A stretch of DNA of 64,000 bases from Daphnia carinata (taxonomy: Eukaryota): positions 8,060,001-8,124,000 of the forward strand of contig NC_081333.1 in assembly GCF_022539665.2 (NCBI RefSeq), read 5' to 3'. A program made the translations under genes and the position numbers. Of the stretch, positions 35,901 through 49,601 are shown piece after piece. Numbering within the stretch: position 1 is the first letter of the stretch; every line of letters begins with the position of its first letter. The notes under the pieces were generated by a model, which did not search any database, was not told where the DNA came from, and saw only the letters and a list, made by a program, of their open reading frames with translations.

Positions 35901-38900
35901 AAACTGGGTCAGTTGTTCGCCTCCTTTTTCCTCCCGTCTTTCGTCTTTTCTCTCTCTCTCTCTCTTTCTCTCTACCCCGTCTTCTGTTTGTTTTTTTTCC
36001 CCTCTGCTTCGCCTGCTACAGCTGCGTGTTGGCTGCACCAGTAGCTTAACACTACACCCGGACTACTGAAGGGAAAAGAGGAGGAGCAACGGGAAAAGAC
36101 CGCAAGTAACGAAAAAATTTCATAAAAGAACCAAGAAAAAAAAAAAAAAGACAACATGTGCGCATCATCATATCTCAGCCTGGTGAGAAATACAGTAATA
36201 ATGGCGGTTAATGGGAAAAAAGCAACGGGAAAGAAAAAAAATAAAAAAACAAAAAAACAAAAAGATAAAAATAAAAAAAAAAACAAACTCTGAGAATGGC
36301 GAGCCGTGCGGAACCGCTATGTTTTGTACGGGATAAGGGCACCGTGTACGCTATGCACCATGTGTCGTTTGCACGGCCACGTTTTTCTATCTGTGACGCT
36401 TAACTTACTAACACAGTTTCGACACATGTCCCACGGTAAAGAGATGAGGATAAAAAAAGAAGACAAAAACGACGACGATGAAATCACATGGTAAGTCATT
36501 TCTAGATCTCCTCTTCCCAATTTCTTTTCTTCTTTTTTTTGTTGCGTTTTAGCTGAGAGCTATCACGGCGCTTTAACTGAAACTCTAACGGTGATGATGT
36601 TTTTTTGTTTTTTTTTTTTTGTTGCTTACCTCCTTAATAGATGAAAAGATCTCCGAAAATGTTGCGTTCGCGATAACTCAAAAAAACAATTCACTCCGGA
36701 ATGATGTGTGTGATGACGTAAATCGTAGCTCAAAATCGAAGGGTAGGAACGTTGTTATTTGTAAAATAACTTTTTTTTTTTTTCAACTGATCGGTAAATC
36801 AGAAAACTGTCATGCTAATAGACCCAAACTCCAGAGTCTATACGTGACGTATTCACTTTCGATGTATGTAGATGAATGTGTGGGTGGAGGGTTGTTGAAC
36901 GATGATTCACAATAAAAAAAAAATAATTTCGATTTTCAGCTGAACGATGAAGTGAGAGGAACCGAATGTAGAAAAAAAAATAATTACGCTATCGCAACAG
37001 GACAGGAAAAATAAAAATAAGGAACACGAAAAGTAGACGTGCGCCGGGCTGAACGCTGGGACGTCAACTGGTTCGTAGCGCTGGCGAGAAAGTGGCTGTA
37101 TACGCTAGAACCGAGAGCTTTGCCAGGTAGGGCAGCAGGTAAAAGACTCGAGGGATAGGAGGAGGGAGTAGGAGGAGGAGTAAAGAACGAAGGAAAACAA
37201 AACTTTTTTTTTTTTACAAGAAAAGGCTAGCTGTAAAAAAGAATGCAGCGCTAGCTGCGAGGGCCCTCTATCGGTTAAGTCCGACTACCTTTTTAGGACC
37301 GTCAGAGTCTGGCATTTTTTTTTTTTTTTCGTTAGTGGGTGGCGAACGTTTTTTAAGTATCGTGTGACGTCACAACCAAGCACCCGTATGATGTGTCGTC
37401 ATCGTGTAAAAGAAGAAGAAGAGCCAAATGGCGGTGGGAAAATTCTCGTTGGTCGTTTCTCCGAAAGCTCTTACGATGACAATGTCACCTGGACCAGCCG
37501 CTGAGGGTCACGGGTGTCCATTGAGCCGTTTCCTTGCGCTTCCTTAACGAAGCCATTGATCAAGGCAGACCCCCATTGACCGTCCGTCGTTTTTCACTTT
37601 CCACCCAAAATGTGTTTGAAAATGGGAAAAAAAAAAAACGTGACGGCTGCGAAAAGGGTTTGAGAGAAATCGAATGTCATCAGGTGAGAATGAAGAGGTT
37701 AGCAACAAGCGTTTAGTACAATCAGTCTAGCAATGATGACGACATCATCCAACCAGCTTCCGTTCTCTTATCTCTTCTTGCTGCAAACTCCAATCATTTA
37801 GGACGGCTGTGCTTCTAACCAACTTTGACTTGATTTCTTCAATGCCACAATGTCAAAGTGCGAGAGAGCGTTCCCTTGTAATTCACGGCTCCCACCGATA
37901 TTTTTAACGACTTTATCGCATACATGAGTGTTCTCATTACACTAGCGTGTCAGGGAGAGACCGTCAGCCTTAATTTGATGTTGCCAATGGCATCCACTCG
38001 ACCCCAATAACATGTTTTTCTTTCCTTTTATTTCTTACGATTTTGTAAAGTCGATAATTACGACTTTCCCAGTGTGTGTTGTTACCGTTCTTTTTTCTTT
38101 TTCAAATCCCATTTTTAAAGGTGAGAGCGGCCGAGAGCGAAGCGTTTGGCGTCTCAAGCCAATGATACGAGTGACACGGCGAATTTCAGTCGTTAAAAGA
38201 AAATTTCCCCTTCGTAATAATGACTGGAGCCTCCCAGAAAAAAGAGGTACACTCGAGAGTCGTGACATTGTTCCATTCGCTATTAGACTGACGCAACGAG
38301 ACCTTATCAAGGTCGCCGAGATGAGACACGCCACGCCTAGCAAAGCGGTTCAAACCAGTAGCATAATTATCAAATTCAATTTTCTTTTTGTTGTTCAACA
38401 ACAAGTGATAACAGCAGTCGAATTCGCTCATTAAATTGGCTGACATTCGAAATAGTGAACAGGGTAGTAAAAAAAACAGCAGACAATTTTCTATGGGCGA
38501 TAGAAATGCGCGACTGGGATGCGATCCTCGTTAAACTAGCTTTAGACGAAAATGCTGCACAGCCGTAATTATGGGCGAATACAGAAACTCAGACAAGCTC
38601 AATTGGTTTTCGCTCTATTGGTGTGGGAAAAAAAAACGTCAGATATGTCGCAAAGATTGCGGTCGCAAAAAGAACACGAGCGGTCGGAGAGAAAACTGGA
38701 CAACGTTGACGTGCGGCAAGGCCAGCGGACAAGAGGCCTAGAATGAAAAGCAGTCAGAAAAGTCGTGACGCCGCTGAACTAAATACCGTTGAACGCGGTG
38801 ATTCAGCTAGCCACGAAAAAAAAAAAGAAAAAAGAAAAAAGGAAAAGAAACGGAATTGCTCAGCTGAGGCTACCACACAGAAATGAAACCATTTGAAAAC

Positions 38901-41900
38901 CACTTACGAACCAACAAGACACAACAAAAAGAACGCGCGCGCAAAAAAAAGTAAATCAGATTAGATTAAAGATAGATATTGAACTAACAATAACAACAAC
39001 AGCGGTCAGCGGCTGTATGTAGAGGGGCCACGCCTGTGCACGATTTTCTTTGGTCAGCTAACTTTTACCTGACGATAGAGATGAAATATGACTTGCCCCT
39101 CAAACTGAATGCGTTCGATTTGTATTCCCGCCTTCTCTTTCCCCCGGTCTTCCTTCTTTTTTTTTTTTTTTTCGTCTTTTTTTCTAACTAGACCCCGTAC
39201 GAAATAAGGCGTTGGCCCTATTTTCAACAATCAACCAGAAAAAGAAAAGGGAAAAGAGAGCAAAGAGAAAAGTTTCACTTTTGCTTTTCATTTTTTTGTT
39301 AGGGGAAAACATGGTCGATGTAAGACGCGATTGCTTTTGAATGTTTCGACTGCCCGTGGCAGGGAAGACAAATTGTGGCCGTCTAAATTATGCGTGACCA
39401 GTCGGTTCAGATGAAACAAAAAAACCAAAACCATTCACGTTTCTCCTTGCCACCAAAAATGTCATCATCGCCATCGTTGAAAGTCGAACAACTGGCAAAG
39501 GGAATTCTTAGTAGGACGAATCGAACGACCAGTTGGAACAGAGAGAAAGGGCAAAAGAAAGCAATAGAAATGTAATGAACGGTTGTCACCTGGCCGTAGG
39601 GAGGAGTCGCATCGAACGATGATACATCACGACTTTTAGAACGGCCTAATCGAACCGATCGACCTGCATTCAATCGACACGATTCAAGCCTTGGGCTTTT
39701 CCTCGACTATAGCAACCACGTCACCCATTTTCCTTTCCTTTTTTTTTTTTTCTTCAACGGCAAAACGATTCAATGAAAAGAAAAATGTGAATATATTGGA
39801 CTTTTACGCAGGAAATGAATTTTTTTTCTATTGGACTGTCGTCATCCATCAGAGATAGGAATTCCGGTTTTTTCTTTCTAAATGGACGGCGATCATTGGG
39901 ATTGAAAAAGCTGACGCACGACGAAAGCCAAACTAAATGTTATTAAATATTTCCTGTAATCCCCCTCTCTCCCCCAGCGCGCCAATCAAATATAGCCTAC
40001 GCGTCGAGCGGAAATAGTTTTCTCCACGGCCAACGAGTTCACGAATTGAAGCTGCGATTTCTCGTGCAAATCATGACATTGTCCGAGAAAGGAAAGTGCT
40101 CCGAAAAGACAAAAAATTCCAAACCGGCAGGAGCGCTAACGCGTTTGCTTCGCCTTTAGCAACATAAATCGACTCTCGTCGTAAAAGTGGTAACGCTTCC
40201 AGCATTTTCAGCAAGATGAATCGGAATCTGGTTCCACGGTGGTCAGAAGAAAATAGTAGAAAAACATTAAGAGGAATGTGTTGCGTGAGGGTTGGGCCTC
40301 ACACAACTTTGTACATAGAGACTTAAAAGGGGGAAAGAGAAGTTCAAATTGAACGGCGGGAATGCGATAACGAGTGAAAGTCTATTTTTTCCTTTCGATC
40401 AGACTCACTAGTTCGTGTAGGCTGGCACTGACCGAAAAAAATATATAATACAATTTCCTTTCATTCCCAGATAGTTCGACGTAAAAAAAAAAAAAAAAAA
40501 AAGAAATAGGCCTCACATAACTAAACCACTGAAGTGTGTTTGGAACACATACACACACACAAAAAGAACGGCGTTGGCACGATTTTTAGAGAGTTGTGTG
40601 ATTTTGATTGTTTTGTGCGTCTGTATGTGTTTATTAGTTTTCCCCCCCACCCTCTTGCCTCTCGCTATTGTCAACCCGCTAGCTAAATTCTATCGGTATC
40701 GAAAAGTGGCTGGATTTCACTTCGGACCGGAACTGACCGGGAAAATTGGAGCCATTACTGAAGCAATCGTGACGGCAAGAGAAAGCCTTAATTCAAGGAC
40801 CAATATAAAACATATTGTCCATTGAAAAATGTCAGCCCTTCTCCGTCCGCTGGGTGTTTTGTTTGAAATTCAAATTCGAACGTAAAAGAATGTCGAGATA
40901 CAAATGCAATTTAATTGGCCTTTCGTCCTTTGATGGCCAACAAGTTATTCGACTTCTGCGAAACAATTTCAATTGATGGATACGCAATGCTCGACATGTT
41001 CAACGATCGCAATGAATCGGCCTTGGGCCTTGGTAGATGAATAGGAGGAGACAGAATTAATTATCTGTGAGCCAACAATCACGAAACACGTTTGCACGTA
41101 TACACAGTGCTGAGATTGAAAATTTAAACAAAAAAAAAACAAACGAAACAAAAGCAGTTTTTCAAATCAAACAAAGGGATTCTATGTAACCATAGTCGAA
41201 AACGATTGCTACTTTTTTTTTTTGCGAGGGTTCCAGTTCTGCAACAGCTTCCAAACGTGTCCTTGAATGAAGGGCGTTGTTTGTTTTTTTAAGTTCCGTT
41301 TCCATCCACGGCATCTTATCTTTCCTTCGTTAAGTAACCGTAAATTTTTGCTTAAATTACCCTATTTTTATCGCTACATTTCCCCCATTTTTATTCCCAT
41401 TCAAAGCGCCCATTTTTTTTGCCGTGTTTAACTTCGTTGGTGACCGTCACTGCTTTTTAAGCCCACCCAAATTGGTACTCAAAGTCTTCTATGAACGGCC
41501 AAAGGTCTCCATCGTGAATGCCAAACAACGACTTTTGAAATTTTCGCTGAAAGGTCGAATCTTTCATAGACGTGATTAGTCGAACGTATGCCCCCCCCCC
41601 CCCATTCCCCTTGTGCGCTAGAAAGCGGATCTTGTAATCGGTTGGGGTGTCCAGCAGAGACAAGAGTCAGAGATAACCGAAACGGAAGCGTGACGCAAGT
41701 CACAGCTTTTCTTGACCTTGACTTTAGTTGTTGATCAATAGTTTGTGTTTTTTTTTTAACTGGATGCCTTTGATTCAACCATTCCAAAGTTTCCTACGTT
41801 TGACGATTGCATTATCGTCAGTTTGGCGTGCGTGCCATTTTGGCCGCGTGGAATGCGTGGGAAATATTAAAAAGGGGAAGAACTACGGGGAAGTAACGAA

Positions 41901-44900
41901 AAGAAAGTGAAATTTCTCCTTCGTCGTAGGGTGGCGCCCAGTTAGCGAGGCATGGGGTCTATTGCGTGACCCGTCAGAGTTATTTCACTCAAATCTCAAT
42001 TGGCGTAACCATCTCGCAAACGTTGCACGTATGCATCTGTATGACACAGCGTGGCGTCACTGTCGCTTTCACCTACTGACCTACATTATTAACCGACTGT
42101 TAAGATATTCTGCTCGGCCGCTCTTCACGAGACTTAAAAATAAAGGCACTTGGACACGCAATACCAGGCCGCTATAATAAAAAATAAAAATAAAACTCAA
42201 ACACTTGACGAAGGCCGGACAACGTTTAACAGCATTGAAACAAAGGACAATCTCCTGGATCGTTTTGATTCAATGTTGTTTTGAAACGTGTAACTGTAAC
42301 AACCATTAATTATTCATCAACAATGGGCAAAGGGAACTTTCAATGTTGCGCGTCCAAGCAAAACTTCCGGTGTTAATGAAGGCCGCGCAAAGGTCTCACA
42401 AAACAATTATTCAATTCCGCCAGTGTTTCGAAGAATTTGCGCAAAGTGACAGGCCAAACGGGACATGGAGGACTAGGGCGGCAAGGGCACCGTACATTGT
42501 TTTGCTGTTCGGCATAAATGAACAAAGAGTTGGAAAAGAGAGTGACGCGGAATAGCCATCAAGAAAAACATGACACACGGTGCGGAAGCTAAAGAGGCGA
42601 ACTTTCTGCGTGAGTGGCTTGTTTTGTGCGAAACATTGTTTGTACTCACGTATTGGCCACCCTTGCCCATTTTCAGAGTGACGACTCTGTTACCCTTTTC
42701 TTCTTTTTTTTTTTTTTTTTTCGACTTGAAGTTTGAAAGCGAAGGTGAAACAGTCGGGATGCCTTTCTCTTTCTATCTTGCACCAGAAACGAATGTTGTA
42801 CCGCTGACGGGCTGCCCTTACACACAAAAACTTTTGTATTCTTTTCTTTTTTGCCAACAACCTTGAATGCATGTTGAACGAATTAAGTCAGTAGAGATAC
42901 AACAGGTTCCCCGTCGATTATTTAGATAAAAAGAAGGGGAAAACACATAATTTTTTTAAAAAGAAATGGAATCATATGAAATATCTCATTCGCTAGAGAG
43001 CGTGCGCGTATAGCGTCTATTAGTCGCTAGGTGTGGGTCTTGCACGAACACCAGGGACGGGCAAAATCAGTCCGCTATGGTATTAAATTATTATTACTAT
43101 GTTTTCCGTTGTTTTTTTTTTTGTTTTTTTTTTAGCTTTTCATGTACGTCCTAAACTGAAAGTTGCTGGCGCCGGCCAGTGTACAGCCAGCCTCCGGGAG
43201 ACCCGAGTTGCTGGCCCTGTTACTCATCAAGATAGTTCCCCATACACATGCAAGCCAAGGTCGTTCAAAGCTCACAGCTGGTTAGCAGGCATTCGTTCCG
43301 ACAAGGTTAACATTGAAAAAATGTGAACGCTCAAAAATCAACTTCTTTCCCTTTCTGTGACGTGCTTCTAGGGTAATGCTGCAACTTCGCATTGAAGCCT
43401 GGCCAGCCATGGTTCTATTTCAACCCTCTCATTTTTAGCTCCGTTAAAAACCAGGCAATGAAGACCAGCTCACCGAGAAATCTGTCCACGCGTGAAATAG
43501 TTAATGACCAGTCATTTCACTCCCTTCACGCGAACGCTCCCTACGTGAGGTCGATTTATTTTTCCCACAGGAGATCTGACCGACGTCGTATCTAGCACCT
43601 TGATAACATTCCCCTTCGCAATCTGCCTTTAACGCCATCTTCTTCGTCTACGTGTATGTCATAAATTTTCTTTTGTTGGATATGTAATTTTTATTCACAA
43701 ACACAAAGCGGTACGTGCGTGTCGGGGAAGGGACAAGCGGCGCCTCTGGTTGTTCTGCCCGTCAGCCTTGTGATTCCTCGCTTATTGTCCCGCTCTCTTT
43801 CCATCAAACTCTTTTTTTTTTTTTTTTTTTTTTTAGGGCTTGTCTCATAAAGCTCGTCACGTGTAGCAGAAGAGGCGCAAACTCAATTCGGGATTGTTAT
43901 TTCAACATCGTTCGTCACTCGTTCCCGGCCTGTCATTTCAATTTACGTTATTCACGCTACTACATTTTTTTTTTTTTTTTTTATGATAGATCATCTGCCT
44001 TTCATATTTGGACTGTTGAGCGTACGGCTCCACTCTTCTGTTACGCGCACCCGTTCGCGTTTTTACGTGATTCTTTTGTGTTAAGACGATTGGTAAACAC
44101 AAACACGGTCGGTTGAATCACGTCGCGTGGAAAATCCCCAAGACCAAAAGAATTAGGTGTTAACGGTGTGTGATAAAACTCCTGAACTACATTTCGGCCG
44201 TAATCGTTAAAAAAAAAAAAAAACGAGGACAATTTGAGTGTACTTGTAATCATACACGCTAATAATCCGGCAAGGTGTAAATGTAAAGATTCTCCCCGTT
44301 TTTAACCAAAGGGTATAAACAAGTACGATATGAATACGCCCATCGTGAGAATAATTTCGCACTGATTACACTTTCAAGGTGATAAGAAGCTGGAATCATC
44401 TGGCTACTACTGGATTTTAAAAATAAAACTATTTATAGATAGGGGATTTTTTACGATCAATAGAGGTTGAATAAGAAGGGAGGATGACGTTTGAAAATTG
44501 TTGTTTGGAAGGAGGGGGGCTTTTCGAATTGTGTTTATCCATTTCAAAGAAAATTGTAGTAAAAGAGATTTTCGGACCGCAGGTAGTTGACGTTTGGGTG
44601 GATGTATGGGGGGGTAGGATGACATCGTTAGATCATAAGGGACAATAAGAGAAAAAAAAAAGTCACTGAGCTTTAAAGTTTGGGGTGATGGGGCGCGACT
44701 TTTAAAGCTAAAAATCCGTCAAGAATTTCGGGAAATGAAATGCTTGTTTCTTATTGTAGTCTCAGTTCGGTGTTGTGCATCCCGCTTGGAATGCTTTTGA
44801 AAGATTAGTTTACAATAACAACCTCTCCCCTCCAGAAAAAAAAAAATGGAAAGGAACAAACAAACAAACAAATAAAAAAAAAATGGTTAGCGTAGTCAAA

Positions 44901-47900
44901 GCAAAAAAAAAAAAAAAAAAAAAAAATGAGAGAGCTAGACATGTTGTGTGTTTGTATGAGTTCGGTAGCGATTCCTCCGCCAGATTACCTTGCCACTCCG
45001 GGGGTGGACGGTCGGATAAGTCCCGTCTCTTTGCTATATTTGTCTTGTATACTGTGGACAACTACCAAGGTCAACCTGATCTTCCGTCGTCTAAGCGTCC
45101 TAAAAGAACACGTCTTCTTCTGCTCCCCTCTCTTTTACACGACAATTTATTTTATTTATTTATTTTTTTTTTTTCGAAAAAATTGATAGAATAAAATAAA
45201 AAAGACGGTGAAGTAAAGCCCAATGTCTAACCCCAACCCGCCCTATGATGGGTGTGAGTTCATCTGCGATGGCTAGCGGACCGTATTGTACAACTTCGAG
45301 CTCGAACACGCAGGTCGCGCCTGTTAAATGGGCGGACTCAAGGTCGACGCATATCCGGCCAAAGTTTTTGAAACATAAAAGGACAAATAGGGAGGAAGTT
45401 TGCCCACAAGCAATAGGGGGAGATTCTTTCAACACAGCGAGAATAGGAACCTCTTACTTCACTTTTACTTTAAAAAAAACTTACAACTGAAAGAAGGTCT
45501 CGCACGGGGGGTAAAGAACTCGTAAAATCATTTCATCATCGCCACGTAATGATTCTTTAGAAAAAAAAAAAAACGGTACACAAAAAAGTTGGTGGAAAGA
45601 GAAAAAGGTAAACTGAAACGGTTCATCCGCTTATTTTCTACGGAAGCGGAAACAAATTGAAAACCACTGAATCGGTAAGATTTTAAATGATTTTGGTTAT
45701 TCATTTTTTCATAAGAAAATGAAAGGAGGAAGGAAGTCAAGCAGGGGGTGAAAGGCGTTTCCTAATTGTGCGGTTAAAACAAAACAAAAAAAAATGTGTC
45801 CACTAAACGAATCCATTTTGTCCGATCACGTCCCAAAAATCTCTCGACTCATTTTCTAGGAGAACAAACACAGCGGGGTTGCTCGCGATCGTTAAAAAGG
45901 AAAACCAAACAAAAAGGGAGAGGAAAACGGTAAACACCTGTGAGCATTGCATCCCTTGCTTTGCATGGCAATCAAGCTTTTAACCCTTTCAACACTGTTG
46001 GGTCATATTGATCCATGTTTGTTCCAGCAATCGTTAAAATAAAAATGGGGTTTCTATTTTTCGGGGGCTCTTACATCATCGCGCTTGAAATTCGACTATT
46101 TAAAATATAAGAGCAAATTTCAATCGGGAGTGACTGCCTTGCTGATTGGTCTTCAAGGTTTCAATAGCAATGGTTTAAAAAAACACGAGCAAATGAATTT
46201 CATCTCATTAAAGGGAGACTCTAGTTCTCAGGATATCCAGAGCGCGAAAATGTGCGAATTTCTTAACCCGGTTACGTGGCCATAATAACACGCGGGACTA
46301 TCGTCTATACCACGCTGTCCGTATGTTTCTTAAATATTATTTAAATTCCGAGGCCATTACGCTCGTGGAAAAGAAAAAGGGCCAACAGACGCACATAGGA
46401 GGAAAAACAACGAAATACAACAATCAACAGCAGAGACCATTGTTTTGTTTTCTTTTTTTTTCTTTTACTGTTTCTTGGAACAATGCTCTTTTATCGTTCA
46501 AAGAATAAAGGGAGGAAAGAAAAAAAAATGGAGGCAGTAAAAAAAAAAAAAAAGAAAATAAGAAAATAAGAAAATAAAAAAATTAACGAAAATGGATAGA
46601 ATCCGAACGTTATTCTATATATTGTAAGTTTTCGGGGAGAAATGAGGTTCTCTTACTGCCAAGTAATCAGAAAAAAAAAAAAAAAAAAAAATTCAAGGTG
46701 AAGACATAATGGAGACTCGTTATAGCAACTTGAGTAAGATGATATAGCGTTTCGTTCGTTACCACACATAACGACTAAAGGTGCACAAGGGTCTTCGAAA
46801 ATGGCCACAAAATCTTTTAAGATGTGAGAACGCGTCAGATATAGAGAGTGAACAAATAGGTAGACAGAGAGAGAGCTCTTCTCCATCAAGTGGAAATCAA
46901 GAAACGCGTGGATGGGAAAACGCTCAACAGAGTGGAGAAATCAAAATAACGACCATACTTGTATAGTTTTTGTGTATATAGTGTCGTATTTAGTCCCCTT
47001 TTTTTTCTTTTCTTTAAAAGGAACGTCTCTACAATACACTCACGCAGACTCCCAAGATCCCGAGAAAAAAAAAAAAAATCTCGCTAGATTACAATAGATT
47101 GTCTACTACTGCCCGTTTTTGTTTTTTTTTACACGCTCTTCCACCAGAGTCGCTTTCTCCTGTCGTCTCCTGACAAAAGGGACGCTGAAAAACGGGAAGA
47201 AAATGGACAAATAAAAAATAAACGTACAAATAATACGTATAATATTCACGTACTTCACCCCCCCCCCAATGATGCAATAGCCCCAGAGAACTAAAAAAAA
47301 AAAAAAAAGAGGATCCTCTTCATCCCCCCCCCCTTCGAGGGGTGATTATTCCACAACAGTCCGTCACGTACATCTGTACAATAGTATAGAGAAAATGGAA
47401 TAATAAAAGAAGAAAAAACCATTTTCTCTCTTTCACTTTTTTCCCTCCTCCCTTCTTCTAAAAATAGGCCTAGGGTGAATAATTACTCGGCAGATCTTGC
47501 ATCTTCTGAGCAGAGGAGAGAAAGCTGTGGGCCTTTTGCGCTCACGCTACAGGTAGTCGAAGAGCTGGGGACGCAAAGACGCGCACGCTCGGAAAATTAT
47601 AGGTCTATTCACACACGCAGAGGTCGACGCGCACACACACGGCCAAGTTTTTTTTTTTTTAATTCCCTCCCTATCTCTCAAACGCGTACACGCACAGTAC
47701 AAAACTGGGAAACGCTGCGAGCGTTAATTAAGGCTTTCATAGGGCACATTTAATTTGACCTTAGCGAAAAAAAAAAAAAAAAAAAAAGAAGAGAGAATCC
47801 CAAACTCCCGACAAAAACATACAAGGCAGAAAGGGGTAATGGGTCTTTGGGGCATGAGGTCCTTTCTTGATTCTTTGTTTGCTTCGAAAACGCAGTTGTT

Positions 47901-48162
47901 GTTGGTTTTAACGACTGGCGACGACAACCAAAGATGAGAACCGTTTCGCACTCACGCGTGCAGCCTATGAAATTTCGCCTTGGAACGATGGCAGAACGTG
48001 AAAAAAGAAAACGATCCGCGTGCTTGATGCAAAAGTGGATTCTAAGAGGACGCATGTTTCACGGAGACTTGTCACTCATCCGTCGTGATAGTCCGATCGC
48101 AAAAATAACATCCCCCCCCCCCCCCCCCCGAACAAAATCAACATTGTCAACTCTTTACATTC

Positions 48163-48193
<31 letters not shown>

Positions 48194-49578
48194 AGAAAAT
48201 TCATAACAAACAGGTTTTTACGGGCATTCACCTAAGCTATCATCATAAACCCGTTTTTCTTTCTCCGTAAAAAAAAAAAAGGCCGTTCATTTGTTTACAG
48301 TAAAAAAAAAAAGAGAATAAAAACAGGGAAAAAAAAAAATCTAATAAACCTCAGCGGTAGTAGCTTTTTTTGCCGGTAAAGACGACCTGCTCGACTTTGG
48401 TTGATTCGCTTTCTATTCTTTCATTCTTTTGTTGATGTCGCTGTCTTAAAAAAATAATAATATGCATGTCGTACGGGCACAACAAAAGCGGACAAAGTTC
48501 CGCAAAAGAAGGTGTTGAACACCAAGTAAAAGAGAGAAAAAAAAAAAAAAAGGTTGAAGACTCAAGATCGAACTGTCGGTACCCGACAAAATCAAAAGAA
48601 CAAATTAGATCGTTTCCGTCATGATGAGCTTACCGGTTATTATCGCGCTGTACATTCGACAAACGTTGAAGAGTGAAACTCTTGTTGGCCAAACTTTCTT
48701 TGGCTGCCGTTTGAGTGTTGCTAGTGGCTGACCTTTGAAGCGTCCACATTTTCCAGTCGATTACAAAATTCTGAACTGTTGAACTGTTTTAACTTCCAAA
48801 ACGAAAACGACGAAGCCTCGAATTGTTTTTGCGCGCAAAAAAAAAATAAAACGCGAAATTATTCACAACACAGCACACGACGTCTTAAGGACTGTGTCAA
48901 ACAGGGCGGTGCTGGGAGGGGAGTAGGTGGAGGGTGGTGGTAGCAAAAACCCAAAAAAGATCCGAAGAACGATACGACGAGAGGTCTTTAGCGAGGCACA
49001 GTCGGAATTTGAATGCGCTTTCCAAGCTGGCTGTTGTGCCGTTGTAGTCTATGTTTGCTCTGTGATCGTCGTCGGGCGCGCACGCCGAAACAATCCCGCG
49101 TGAAGCGGTTACGGAAACAAAAAAGAAAAAAAAAAAAAAAAAAAGGCAAAACCTAGGGGAATGAGGCGGCCGTTTCAACCCAATGAGTTTCCCCAAGGTA
49201 GGCAAGAGATCTCTATGAAAGAAAAAAAAAACCCATTGTTTTCTTATTTCTATGTCTGTACGTTAGGCTGTCGATTCGCCTCTTTTTCTCTTCCACGAAT
49301 CGTAATGGCATACATAAAAAAAAAATGCTACACACATCGACCAACAAGCGGGACCTGAACGAAAAGAGACGGGGGCCGAGATCAGGCGACAATCGAACAC
49401 CACCAACCGCCACCTTCCACATTGGATGCCAAGGCAGTGAGAACCTTCTCACGATTTTTTTTTTCCTCCAGCCCAATAGCTGCCGTAAAAGAAATTTGAA
49501 TAGATTTAAACAGGGATTATAGGTCACTTTTTTTCTCCTTTTTTAAATGCCTGGCCACCCGCTGGTATCCCACCAGCA

Positions 49579-49601
49579 TGTGTGTGTGTGTGTGTGTGTG
49601 T
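49579..49601. repeat. (TG)n microsatellite
   Basis: About 11 TG units, directly visible. Confidence 0.85.
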
